IMG/VR virus record: IMGVR_UViG_3300021399_000133
Location: 1-64,000 of that record
Source of the DNA: a virus
Taxonomy: Duplodnaviria > Caudoviricetes
Direction: 5' to 3' (one strand)
DNA length: 64,000 nt
Shown: one piece after another, positions 1 through 7,830 of the stretch
How the letters are laid out: each line of letters starts with the position of its first letter
Numbering within the stretch: position 1 is the stretch's first letter
Notes under the pieces: model-generated
The model's input: only the letters and a program-made list of their open reading frames with translations
Told to the model about the DNA's origin: nothing
Database searches by the model: none
Program-made: the position numbers and the translations under genes

Positions 1-303
1 CGAGAGAAGAGGGTGGTGAAATGAAGGATTTTGAGGAATGAAATGACGAAAAATACGGAATGGAAGGTTGGGCTAGGCCCCCTCTTCTCTATGCTTTAAT
101 TTATACTTCACCTAGGCGTAATGGAGGTCGAAGGAACTGAGACCGGAGTGGAGGGTTGGATTGGTAGGTGAAGTAGATGGGATATTTAACTTTAACTTTA
201 TTCTACTTCTACTTTATCTTTAGGTTGAGGCTGAGCTTGGCGAGGCCGGGAGTATCCACCTTAGCCGCGTTTTTTTGGTTCATTTTCTCTCAATTTTGCC
301 TAT

Positions 304-355
304 AATTTTCCACTTTTTTAGCCATTTCGTGAGACATTTTCTTTATACAATGAAA
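304..355 (+). promoter_or_regulatory. 52-bp repeated upstream element, copy 1 (putative phage promoter)
   Basis: aattttccacttttttagccatttcgtgagacattttctttatacaatgaaa matches 12625-12676 at 49/52 positions; both copies lie upstream of gene runs. Confidence 0.65.
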
Positions 356-411
356 AATATCTGGGTTTTCTTAGATATTTTGATATTAACATTTAAACCC
401 TATATGATATT

Positions 412-915
412 ATGATATTTTCATTACGTCGTTTATATTCTACGTCTGATACTCCGTCGGATGTAGCTCAGGGTTCAGGTCAGGGTCAAGGAGGCAAAAG
501 AACTAGGAAGGGAGGAAATAAGAAGGGAAATTCTAATCCCAAGCCTAGATCTAACAACAAGTCTAAACCAAGAACTAAGCCTCAGTCGGGTTATTCTATT
601 TCAGCTCCTAATTGGAATGGAACAACTTCAACAACAGCTGGGGTAGGAGTACAATCAACGCCTAATCCTGGATCTGAATTAGTACCAACCTCTGTTCCTC
701 CCACAACACCTAAGAAACCAGTTAAGCCAAATAAAGTCCTTCGATTTATTAAGAATAACAAGAAGGCAATCGGTTGGACTGCGGCGGGTGTTAGTGCGGC
801 AGCTGGATTAGGTTATGGTATTAAGAAGTTGCATGATAAGAAGAAGGAGGAAGAGCGTTTAGCCAAGAACAGGGAATTGCAGGAGTCGATTGTTAATGGT
901 AAGGTTAAGAAATGA
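412..915 (+). CDS. putative head-cargo protein; basic low-complexity N-terminus, C-terminal Gly/Ala TM segment and Lys tail
   Basis: starts MIFSLRRLYS (shared motif); ends KKAIGWTAAGVSAAAGLGYGIKKLHDKKK. Confidence 0.7.
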   Translation: MIFSLRRLYSTSDTPSDVAQGSGQGQGGKRTRKGGNKKGNSNPKPRSNNKSKPRTKPQSGYSISAPNWNGTTSTTAGVGVQSTPNPGSELVPTSVPPTTPKKPVKPNKVLRFIKNNKKAIGWTAAGVSAAAGLGYGIKKLHDKKKEEERLAKNRELQESIVNGKVKK

Positions 916-1355
916 AGTTATCGTGGAGTTTACCAGGATCGAGGAATTTAGAGAGTGAGTTAGAGTTCAATGGTCTCTATGGTTCATCTATTCCATCATC
1001 GTTTTGGTCTTTCTTATGTTTAGAGGAGGAATTTTACGGGACATGGAAAGGAACAGGTTTACATTACAATTCATTTTTGCCTTATTCTGATATTTCCGAG
1101 TCGATAAAAGATTCCTCTCCATCAGTCTTACAGCTCTTATACAATTCGGGTTCTGGCATTAGGTATGATGTTTCTAGTCAAGTCTTTATTGGTGGTGGGT
1201 CAACTTGGTTAGAATTAAAAGATGCGGTCCTAAGTCTACTCGGGCAGGCGTATCGTGAGAAATTAGACCCACGAACTTACATTAAGAAAGAGGATTGGAA
1301 TAGAAATAAGCGTTATCTTTTGGCATATAAAAATTTCATCCTCAAACAGTTATAG
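912..1355 (+). CDS. hypothetical protein
   Basis: 147-aa ORF, ATGA overlap with previous gene, ends TAG. Confidence 0.65.
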   Translation: MKLSWSLPGSRNLESELEFNGLYGSSIPSSFWSFLCLEEEFYGTWKGTGLHYNSFLPYSDISESIKDSSPSVLQLLYNSGSGIRYDVSSQVFIGGGSTWLELKDAVLSLLGQAYREKLDPRTYIKKEDWNRNKRYLLAYKNFILKQL

Positions 1356-1358
1356 GTT

Positions 1359-1838
1359 ATGCGGTTATCTAGGAAAGTTTTATATTTCATCTCATCAAAG
1401 GGGGAATTAGAGAAGTCAATCCTAGTTCCGTCGATTCCTGATAATTTTTTAACAAGGGGAAAATTTTGTGATTGGCAGACTCAGAGAATTAGGTTATATG
1501 AAAGTCCTAGTGATGGATTGTCGGCAGGTTGGATTGGAGAAAATCTGACAGGCGGAGAATTCTATGTTTATCGGGCCAAGAATATAAGATCTGAGAGCCT
1601 ACTAAAGCCAACTGTGTCTGAAGTTCCTTATGCTTTATTAGTTCCAGAATGGTGGTACTTAGGGAATCTTTATCTTGAAAACCTAGGGAAGATAAAAGTC
1701 ACTGGAGAAGGAGAAAAGAGGTTATATCATTATGGAAAGAGGAGTACTAAGGCATGGATTAGAACGTGGAAGTGGCAAGAAATTTTAAAACCTTGGGAAA
1801 AATCAAAGCTTTTACTATCAACGGAGAAGCTTAAATAA
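1359..1838 (+). CDS. hypothetical protein, possibly ADP-ribosyltransferase-like fold
   Basis: RLYESPSDGLSAGWIGENLTGGEFYVY...EVP...EWW loosely resembles Arr-type ART cores; weak similarity. Confidence 0.55.
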   Translation: MRLSRKVLYFISSKGELEKSILVPSIPDNFLTRGKFCDWQTQRIRLYESPSDGLSAGWIGENLTGGEFYVYRAKNIRSESLLKPTVSEVPYALLVPEWWYLGNLYLENLGKIKVTGEGEKRLYHYGKRSTKAWIRTWKWQEILKPWEKSKLLLSTEKLK

Positions 1839-1850
1839 CTTTACGTTCAT

Positions 1851-2573
1851 ATGAATTTAATAAGACAAAAATCCTTCACTATTCAGGAGGGAGGTCCAAA
1901 GAAGAAAGCCTCATTTCTTAGAGAACTTGGAGCTAAAACAGCGCTGAGTTCATTAATTGGTTTATTTCCTAGTACACTTGTTGGGTCAGTTGTTGGACTT
2001 CGTGCTGGTTCGGATTTGAATAGTGCAAAAGAAGGTTTAAAGTGGGGTGCTCTTAGTTTCTGTAGTATTGAGGCTTTTGCAGCGTTATGGGGAGCTCTTG
2101 ATGCAGTATTTACTAGAGCAGGTTATCACAGAAGAAATGCTGAGAATGTAGTAGACACAAATGAGTTTATTGACTTAGTATATAAGCAGTCAACTAGAGA
2201 TGATAAGGACCTAGATACAGAAAATTCGGCTACCCTTCACAGATATATTAACGAGAATAAGGATCCAAAGCAGTTCATGATTAATGCTGCTTTTGCTTAT
2301 GGTTATTGTTTGATCCTTCTAAATAAGCCAAGTTCGACAGTCTTAGATGGATTTAATGAGCACTTGGAGTCTATGGTACAGTTCAATAGAGAGGCGGATT
2401 ATGCTGCTCAACCTAGTAGAGATGGTTTTGTTGTTCTTGTCCGTGCTCCTAGAATTGAAGATGTGGCTCATATGTTCGTTGATATCATTTCAGAGTGTCA
2501 TGTTCCAGTTAATTTTATTTCATCTAAGAAACTGGAGCAATATAAGGCTAAGTTTGAAGGCCAAATTCGATAA
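1851..2573 (+). CDS. putative head-cargo protein with N-terminal RQKxF motif and hydrophobic hairpin
   Basis: MNLIRQKSFTIQEG; two Gly-rich hydrophobic segments follow. Confidence 0.75.
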   Translation: MNLIRQKSFTIQEGGPKKKASFLRELGAKTALSSLIGLFPSTLVGSVVGLRAGSDLNSAKEGLKWGALSFCSIEAFAALWGALDAVFTRAGYHRRNAENVVDTNEFIDLVYKQSTRDDKDLDTENSATLHRYINENKDPKQFMINAAFAYGYCLILLNKPSSTVLDGFNEHLESMVQFNREADYAAQPSRDGFVVLVRAPRIEDVAHMFVDIISECHVPVNFISSKKLEQYKAKFEGQIR

Positions 2574-2587
2574 TATAGGATACTACA

Positions 2588-3496
2588 ATGGAAGTAAAAA
2601 AATCTAGAAGCACTCGGCAAAAACAAAAAACCGAGGAAAACGGATCCTTAATTCTTCCTACTTCAGCGCTTGGATTTTGGGCGGGTCTTGGTGGTGAAAG
2701 TGCTCGTAGATTGGGTCATATCAGGGCTATAAATCTTAATACATCTAAAGCAGCATTAGATTCAATAAATAACTTATCTCAGAACATAGGAACTTCTAAT
2801 CCAGGATATGCTTATTCTAGCTTAGCTAAAGAATCTGCAAGTTTAGGTAACTTATCTGGTGCTATGAAAAAAGTAAATAAGACTGGAAAGTTCAATTCAG
2901 TTAAGAGAGGTGTAATTGGAGCAGGTATTGGTGCTACTGTAGGTGCCGGTTTAGATTTACTTTTGGATAAGAAGTTGAAGAGTAAGAGTAGGAAGACAAC
3001 AGACAAGAAGAAAAAGCAGAAGACGTTTTCAAATGAATATGATCGACCTTCTTCTTGGATTCGTAAGAGGATAGAAGAGGAGATGGCGAAGTCGAAGCCA
3101 AATCAGAGACGTCTTAAGAACCTACAAGATAACCTAAATTATGTTCTCTATTACGAGGGCAAGGAAACAGGCGCAACTGCTGAACAACAAGCGGCAGGTA
3201 AGGCAGCTGAGGAGGCTATGAAAAACTCCGGCAGATCTAATTCTAGGTATTGGAGTTCAGGCAGTGGTAGTAATTATTCAGCAGAGGAGAGGATTAGACA
3301 AGCAGCCGAAAGAAATGCTACTAGAAATAATTATCAAGCCAAAGTATATGATAGATACGCCAATAAACTCAACAGGGCGGATAAGAAATTAACAAAGGCA
3401 GCTATCTATACTACTATTGGTGCTGGTTTAGCTGTTGGTGGAATTAAAGCCTATCAACACTATAAACATAAGAAATCCAATAACTCTAATGCTTAA
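2588..3496 (+). CDS. Gly-rich membrane protein with internal KTFS site
   Basis: GVIGAGIGATVGAGLDLLL; KKQKTFSNE; C-terminal TTIGAGLAVGGIKAYQHYKHKK. Confidence 0.75.
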   Translation: MEVKKSRSTRQKQKTEENGSLILPTSALGFWAGLGGESARRLGHIRAINLNTSKAALDSINNLSQNIGTSNPGYAYSSLAKESASLGNLSGAMKKVNKTGKFNSVKRGVIGAGIGATVGAGLDLLLDKKLKSKSRKTTDKKKKQKTFSNEYDRPSSWIRKRIEEEMAKSKPNQRRLKNLQDNLNYVLYYEGKETGATAEQQAAGKAAEEAMKNSGRSNSRYWSSGSGSNYSAEERIRQAAERNATRNNYQAKVYDRYANKLNRADKKLTKAAIYTTIGAGLAVGGIKAYQHYKHKKSNNSNA

Positions 3497-3503
3497 AAAG
3501 TTT

Positions 3504-3593
3504 TTGAAGAATTACGGTTGGATATTAATTGTGGCTGTTTGGCTATCTTTGGTTATATTTTCTATCAACAAGGATGGATTTAATATAAAATAG
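3504..3593 (+). CDS. small single-TM peptide (TTG start), absent from ORF track
   Basis: translates (M)KNYGWILIVAVWLSLVIFSINKDGFNIK*. Confidence 0.35.
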   Translation: MKNYGWILIVAVWLSLVIFSINKDGFNIK

Positions 3594-3611
3594 CAATGTG
3601 ACTGAAGTGCA

Positions 3612-3666
3612 TCCTATGGTGAATTTGAGATAAGAATTCTACTGTTCGATCAGGCCATAGGATCTA
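3612..3666 (+). ncRNA. 55-nt tRNA-mimic element, copy A
   Basis: tcctatggt/gccatagga 9 bp; gaattt-GAGATAA-gaattc; ctg-TTCGAT-cag; then t-CTA. Confidence 0.75.
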
Positions 3667-3777
3667 TTCTGTTCATGTTATTGTTTTTGTGGCTCAACTA
3701 ATTAAATTAAACTTTACACTTTCTTAACGAGGGGGGGGGTGTGAAGATTAAAAAATACTCCCCTTTCAATAAGAGAA

Positions 3778-4134
3778 ATGATTATTTTAAGACAAAAGAC
3801 CTTTAATTCTAAGTCAATGAAGGCGCTTAGAAATGCCGTTGATACTAGTATTGGTAAAAATTGGCACAAAGAAGCTTCTAAATATTTTAAGCCTAATATT
3901 ATTGGTGATGGATCTGTTAACAATTTAAAAAGTTGGGGCAGAAGTCTTCAGAAAACTCCCGTTACTGATATAAAAACGCTCAATGGTAGAATCAACAGAA
4001 AAGGAATGTTTGAAAATAGACTGAATTTAAGACGTAAGAATCCTACTATTCCATCAGAGCAGCGAGAGTTGTTAGATTATATTGATAAAGACAATATTAA
4101 ATTAACAAATCTTAGAAAGACGGATTGGCTTTAA
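3778..4134 (+). CDS. basic putative head-cargo protein
   Basis: MIILRQKTFNS motif; Lys/Arg-rich. Confidence 0.7.
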   Translation: MIILRQKTFNSKSMKALRNAVDTSIGKNWHKEASKYFKPNIIGDGSVNNLKSWGRSLQKTPVTDIKTLNGRINRKGMFENRLNLRRKNPTIPSEQRELLDYIDKDNIKLTNLRKTDWL

Positions 4135-4168
4135 GTAGATTATTTTCTGACACTATAATTGTTGGTTA

Positions 4169-4247
4169 GTTTCAGTAGCTCAACTGGTTAGAGCACTTGA
4201 CTGTTATGTTAATCAAGGGGTTGTTGGTTCGAGTCCATCCTGAAGCG
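4169..4247 (+). tRNA. tRNA-Asn(GTT) with 5-nt duplication in anticodon loop (possible pseudo-tRNA)
   Basis: acceptor GTTTCAG/CTGAAGC, D stem GCTC/GAGC, anticodon stem CTTGA/TCAAG around 12-nt loop CTGTTATGTTAA, T loop TTCGAGT, discriminator G. Confidence 0.85.
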
Positions 4248-4276
4248 CTAGAGAAAATTTAAAAATAGAAAATATT

Positions 4277-6160
4277 ATGGGAAAATACGGTAGTTACATT
4301 AATCAGACAGACCCCACGAAGAGTATAGAGGAGGAGTTAAAGGGTGTTGATTTACGTCGTCAATACACTTCTTTAACTGATCGTGAGAAGGAGTTAGTAT
4401 TTGCCAAGATTAAGGGCTACAGTATGATTCCTCCGACGATTGAGCGTTTATATTCTGACACTTATTATTTAGGTGGGGAGAAGTTTTTCAATGGTGGTCG
4501 TAACATATTTGACTTTTGGAAGAACATGTTGAGTAAGGATGTTTTTTCTGGTTCATTTTTTACGAGGAAGCCATATTTAGTTTTATCGGGAGCCATTGGT
4601 ATAGGTAAGTCGACTATTACCAGGTTATGTATGGCTATGACTTTGTGTAAGTTATTATGCATGAAGGATCCGTACAAGACATTAAACATTGTCCCCAAAA
4701 TTTTATCTTTCTTAATTGCCCACCGTAACGAAAACAGTGCTGAAGTTGAGTTTAAGCGTTGGTTATTGGTGGATGTCATGTCGAATTCTCCTTTTTTCCA
4801 CAACGTTAAGCCCAGTGCATTCAAGTACAAGGTAGTCACATCTGGTCCTAGGGGTTCGATGGGTTTAGGTAATGACTTGATTTTTGCGACCCTAGGTGAG
4901 ATTAATTTCTGGCCGGGTGAGACAGGTAAGACAGCATTATCGACGACCCTAATACGTTTCAAGTCTCGTTTTTCCAAGGAGCAGTTAGAGTTAGTTGGTC
5001 ATTTTATCATTGACTCATCGGCTAGGGGTGCGACTGATGCGACTGAGTGGTTTAAAGAGAATACGCCGTCTGAGTTATATTATTCGTGTACTCCAGCTCA
5101 TTATGAAGTTAGGCCTGGGATGTATGAAGAGTCGGCTGGTAGGACATTTAGGGTTTTTACTGGTGATGGTGGTTCTATTCCTCCTCAAATATTGCCGAAG
5201 GATTTTGAGCCAGATCCGACGAAGTTTGATCCTTCTAAGATTATCAAGGTACCAATTCAGCTTCTTCCCGACTATAAAATGAACCTAGTTAAATCTCTTC
5301 AGGACTTATCTGGTATTTCGACAGGTTCTAGTGATTTATTCTTTGGTGGTGATATTTCATGTATTAAGTCTGCCTCCACGATTAAGAATTATGTGCCAGA
5401 GGTTATCACTATTGACTTTTACGATAAGAATGACAGGATAATAAAGAAGTTAGAGCCAATGTTATCAGTTATTCCCATCAACACCAAGATATATTTAGGT
5501 TTAGACTTAAGTGCAGCTCAAGGTGGTGATGCGACAGGTATTAGTGCTTGTATATTTGACAAGTGGGTAGAAGTTGGTGGAATAAAGCAGCCGAAGATAA
5601 GATGTTTGTTCATGTTAGCGGTAAAGAATAAGGAGGGTCAAGAGTTATCATTATATCATATCGAACAATTGATTCAGGATTTGAGTCGAAAATATGATGT
5701 AACGGTAAGTGCAGACCAAGCTTTTTCTAGAGGTATATTTCAGATGTGCATGAGAGAAAACATTAAGACGTACGGTAGAATTTCGACTGATAATGTTCCA
5801 TGTGAGCCAGCCTTATATTTAAAGTATATTCTTCAGCAGGGTTTTATAACTTTGCCAGAGAATTTACGTTTTCAGAGAGAGGCGGCGGATTTATATTATA
5901 CAGCAAAAGGAAAAGTAGATCATCCAAAAATAGCGTCTAGAATTCTTGATAATACGGGAGAGGAGCCAGAGAAAGGTAGTAAAGATGTATGGGATAGTTT
6001 ATGTCAAGCTTCATATTCTCTTAAATTAGCAATCGACAGCGGAGAGTATGATAACGGTGTAGATCTATCAATTAAGACCTTTGATATGGCGACTACAAGT
6101 AATAAAGAAAAAACTAGAGAGACGTTCCAGAATATGTTGGAGTCTATTTATTCTTTCTAA
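4277..6160 (+). CDS. terL: terminase large subunit
   Basis: Walker A SGAIGIGKS, Walker B-like FATLGE, RNase H-like YLGLDLS and KDVWDSL; 627 aa. Confidence 0.92.
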   Translation: MGKYGSYINQTDPTKSIEEELKGVDLRRQYTSLTDREKELVFAKIKGYSMIPPTIERLYSDTYYLGGEKFFNGGRNIFDFWKNMLSKDVFSGSFFTRKPYLVLSGAIGIGKSTITRLCMAMTLCKLLCMKDPYKTLNIVPKILSFLIAHRNENSAEVEFKRWLLVDVMSNSPFFHNVKPSAFKYKVVTSGPRGSMGLGNDLIFATLGEINFWPGETGKTALSTTLIRFKSRFSKEQLELVGHFIIDSSARGATDATEWFKENTPSELYYSCTPAHYEVRPGMYEESAGRTFRVFTGDGGSIPPQILPKDFEPDPTKFDPSKIIKVPIQLLPDYKMNLVKSLQDLSGISTGSSDLFFGGDISCIKSASTIKNYVPEVITIDFYDKNDRIIKKLEPMLSVIPINTKIYLGLDLSAAQGGDATGISACIFDKWVEVGGIKQPKIRCLFMLAVKNKEGQELSLYHIEQLIQDLSRKYDVTVSADQAFSRGIFQMCMRENIKTYGRISTDNVPCEPALYLKYILQQGFITLPENLRFQREAADLYYTAKGKVDHPKIASRILDNTGEEPEKGSKDVWDSLCQASYSLKLAIDSGEYDNGVDLSIKTFDMATTSNKEKTRETFQNMLESIYSF

Positions 6161-6219
6161 TATTGGAGCTGTTAAATAAATATTGGGTTGTAGGATTTAT
6201 TTTCTTCAGCCCATTAATT

Positions 6220-6302
6220 CGGATAGTGGCGGAATGGAAGACGCGTTAAATTTAGATTCTAATATTGGTTACGGTGTGCAGGTTCGAGTCCTGTCTATCC
6301 GA
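6220..6302 (+). tRNA. tRNA-Leu(TAG), class II with long variable arm
   Basis: acceptor CGGATAG/CTATCCG, anticodon loop TT-TAG-AT (one A.C mismatch in stem), T arm GCAGG-TTCGAGT-CCTGT, discriminator A. Confidence 0.85.
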
Positions 6303-6322
6303 CTAAATTAAATAAGAAGATT

Positions 6323-7012
6323 ATGGCAAAAGAAAATTCAATTATTATATTAGGAACGGCTCATTTAAGTTCTACGCCGGGTAAGTGTAGTCCAGATAAG
6401 TCGTTAATAGAGGCTCGGTATAGTCGGGAAATCGTCGAAGACATCAAATCCATCCTTCTCGGTTATGGTTATGAAGTTTTAGTTGATTATCCCGCCCTAG
6501 ATCCGTTGCCAGAGATTAAGTCCTCATCATACAAGACAGAGCAATTAAGGGAGTTATCATGGCGGGTGAAGTTTGTCAATGATATAGTAAAGAAGAACCC
6601 CAAGAAGAATGTAATTTACGTTTCTGTTCACGTTAATGGGGCAGGTAGTGGTGCGTCTTGGATGGGAGCTCGTGGTTGGAGTGCTTATACAACGCCGGGG
6701 AAGACAAAGTCAGATCAGTTAGCGTGTGATTTATACTGGGCGGCTAATAAGTATTTAAATCAGGAGTACAAGTCAACATTTGATTCGAGTGATGGTAAGC
6801 AAAGACCAATTCGAACCGACATGACTGATGGTGATCCTGATATGGAGTCTAATCTTTACGTCTTAGCTAAAACTTTATGTCCAGCGGTTTTAACTGAGAA
6901 TTTATTTCAGGACAACAAGAAGGATGTAGAGTTTCTTTTGAGTGACGTAGGTAGACATCAGATAGCTCGGATTCACGTAGAGGGTATTATTAAGTATATA
7001 CAGAGATGTTAG
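6323..7012 (+). CDS. N-acetylmuramoyl-L-alanine amidase (Amidase_3)
   Basis: Zn-ligand motifs IILGTAH, IEARY, VSVHVNG, VLTENLFQDN. Confidence 0.9.
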   Translation: MAKENSIIILGTAHLSSTPGKCSPDKSLIEARYSREIVEDIKSILLGYGYEVLVDYPALDPLPEIKSSSYKTEQLRELSWRVKFVNDIVKKNPKKNVIYVSVHVNGAGSGASWMGARGWSAYTTPGKTKSDQLACDLYWAANKYLNQEYKSTFDSSDGKQRPIRTDMTDGDPDMESNLYVLAKTLCPAVLTENLFQDNKKDVEFLLSDVGRHQIARIHVEGIIKYIQRC

Positions 7013-7614
7013 GCAGTCATAATTCCTTCACTTATTTACCGCCAAGGATTCCAATATTCTCTTGGTTTGAGTCGTTATGGAAGTGTCAAAGGTTATCCAT
7101 CTCAGAGCAATATGAGAGGGGTGTCAGGTTTTTTGATCTCCGCCTAGTTTGGTCTTGGACTCGGAAACGTTGGGAGATTTGTCATGGTTTAGTTCGTGTT
7201 AGGGGGATTTACTTTAGGACGGCTGAAGACATTAAGCGTTATTTTTCTAAGTTTCCAGGTTCTACTTATCGGATTGTTTTAGAGAGGAAACACTGGAACA
7301 ATAAAGAAAAATTCATTAAAGATTTCAAGACGGCTATAAGTCAAGATCCCGCCATTCGAGCTATTATATTAAAGCGTCCCTGGTACTATGTATATTGTGA
7401 CTCTTTGGTATCTAAGGGGATGAAAGATTATTGTGTCAGGTTGTTTGGTTGGAATGTAAATAAGAGCTTTTGGACCAACATTAAGGAAGGGAATTTTAAA
7501 CCAAACTTAACTATAAAGAAGTGGGCAGAGAGTCATAATCCTTCTTTAACGCAGTCTGACATTGATGATAAAACCATTATATATTTTATGGATTATGTTG
7601 ATATTACGTCATAA
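7006..7614 (+). CDS. phosphatidylinositol-specific phospholipase C X-domain protein
   Basis: GSHNS and CQRLSISEQYERGVRFFDLRL signature, HG motif. Confidence 0.85.
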   Translation: MLGSHNSFTYLPPRIPIFSWFESLWKCQRLSISEQYERGVRFFDLRLVWSWTRKRWEICHGLVRVRGIYFRTAEDIKRYFSKFPGSTYRIVLERKHWNNKEKFIKDFKTAISQDPAIRAIILKRPWYYVYCDSLVSKGMKDYCVRLFGWNVNKSFWTNIKEGNFKPNLTIKKWAESHNPSLTQSDIDDKTIIYFMDYVDITS

Positions 7615-7828
7615 GTTCTTCTCTAAATCTGCTGTTGGTCGAGATATTGTGCCTCCCGATATAGCAGAAAAGGGTCGAAAAGAGGGTGTAGTTCAGAAAG
7701 ATAAGTCAGGTCATTGGAGGATTATATCATACAAAACTAAGCCTCCTACTTTCTGGAATTCAACCTATCAGACCAAGGAGAAAGCGGAAGCAGCATTACG
7801 TGGTTATCAGGCAAATAAACATGGATAA
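7595..7828 (+). CDS. small basic putative head-cargo protein (start revised to ATG 7595)
   Basis: MLILRHKFFSK motif at revised start. Confidence 0.7.
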   Translation: MLILRHKFFSKSAVGRDIVPPDIAEKGRKEGVVQKDKSGHWRIISYKTKPPTFWNSTYQTKEKAEAALRGYQANKHG

Positions 7829-7830
7829 TT

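Noticed and set aside
186-221. Hexamer-periodic tract tttaac tttaac tttatt ctactt ctactt tatctt at the window start
   Set aside because: Minus-strand frames contain stops, and the tract is short low-complexity sequence; no function can be supported without upstream context.
3612-3666. 55-nt elements as hammerhead ribozymes or true tRNAs
   Set aside because: There is no conserved CUGANGA/GAAA catalytic core. There is no D arm, no U33 and no conserved anticodon, and the T-like loop is 6 nt.
4201-4212. tRNA intron in tRNA-Asn
   Set aside because: The extra 5 nt are an exact tandem duplication, too short for a group I or BHB-type intron.
6220-6302. tRNA with TAG anticodon as an amber suppressor, or TAG recoding as in Lak and some crAss-like phages
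   Set aside because: Anticodon UAG reads CUA (Leu); a suppressor would need anticodon CUA. Long genes are intact in code 11, and TAG ends genes (e.g. 1353-1355, 57344-57346).
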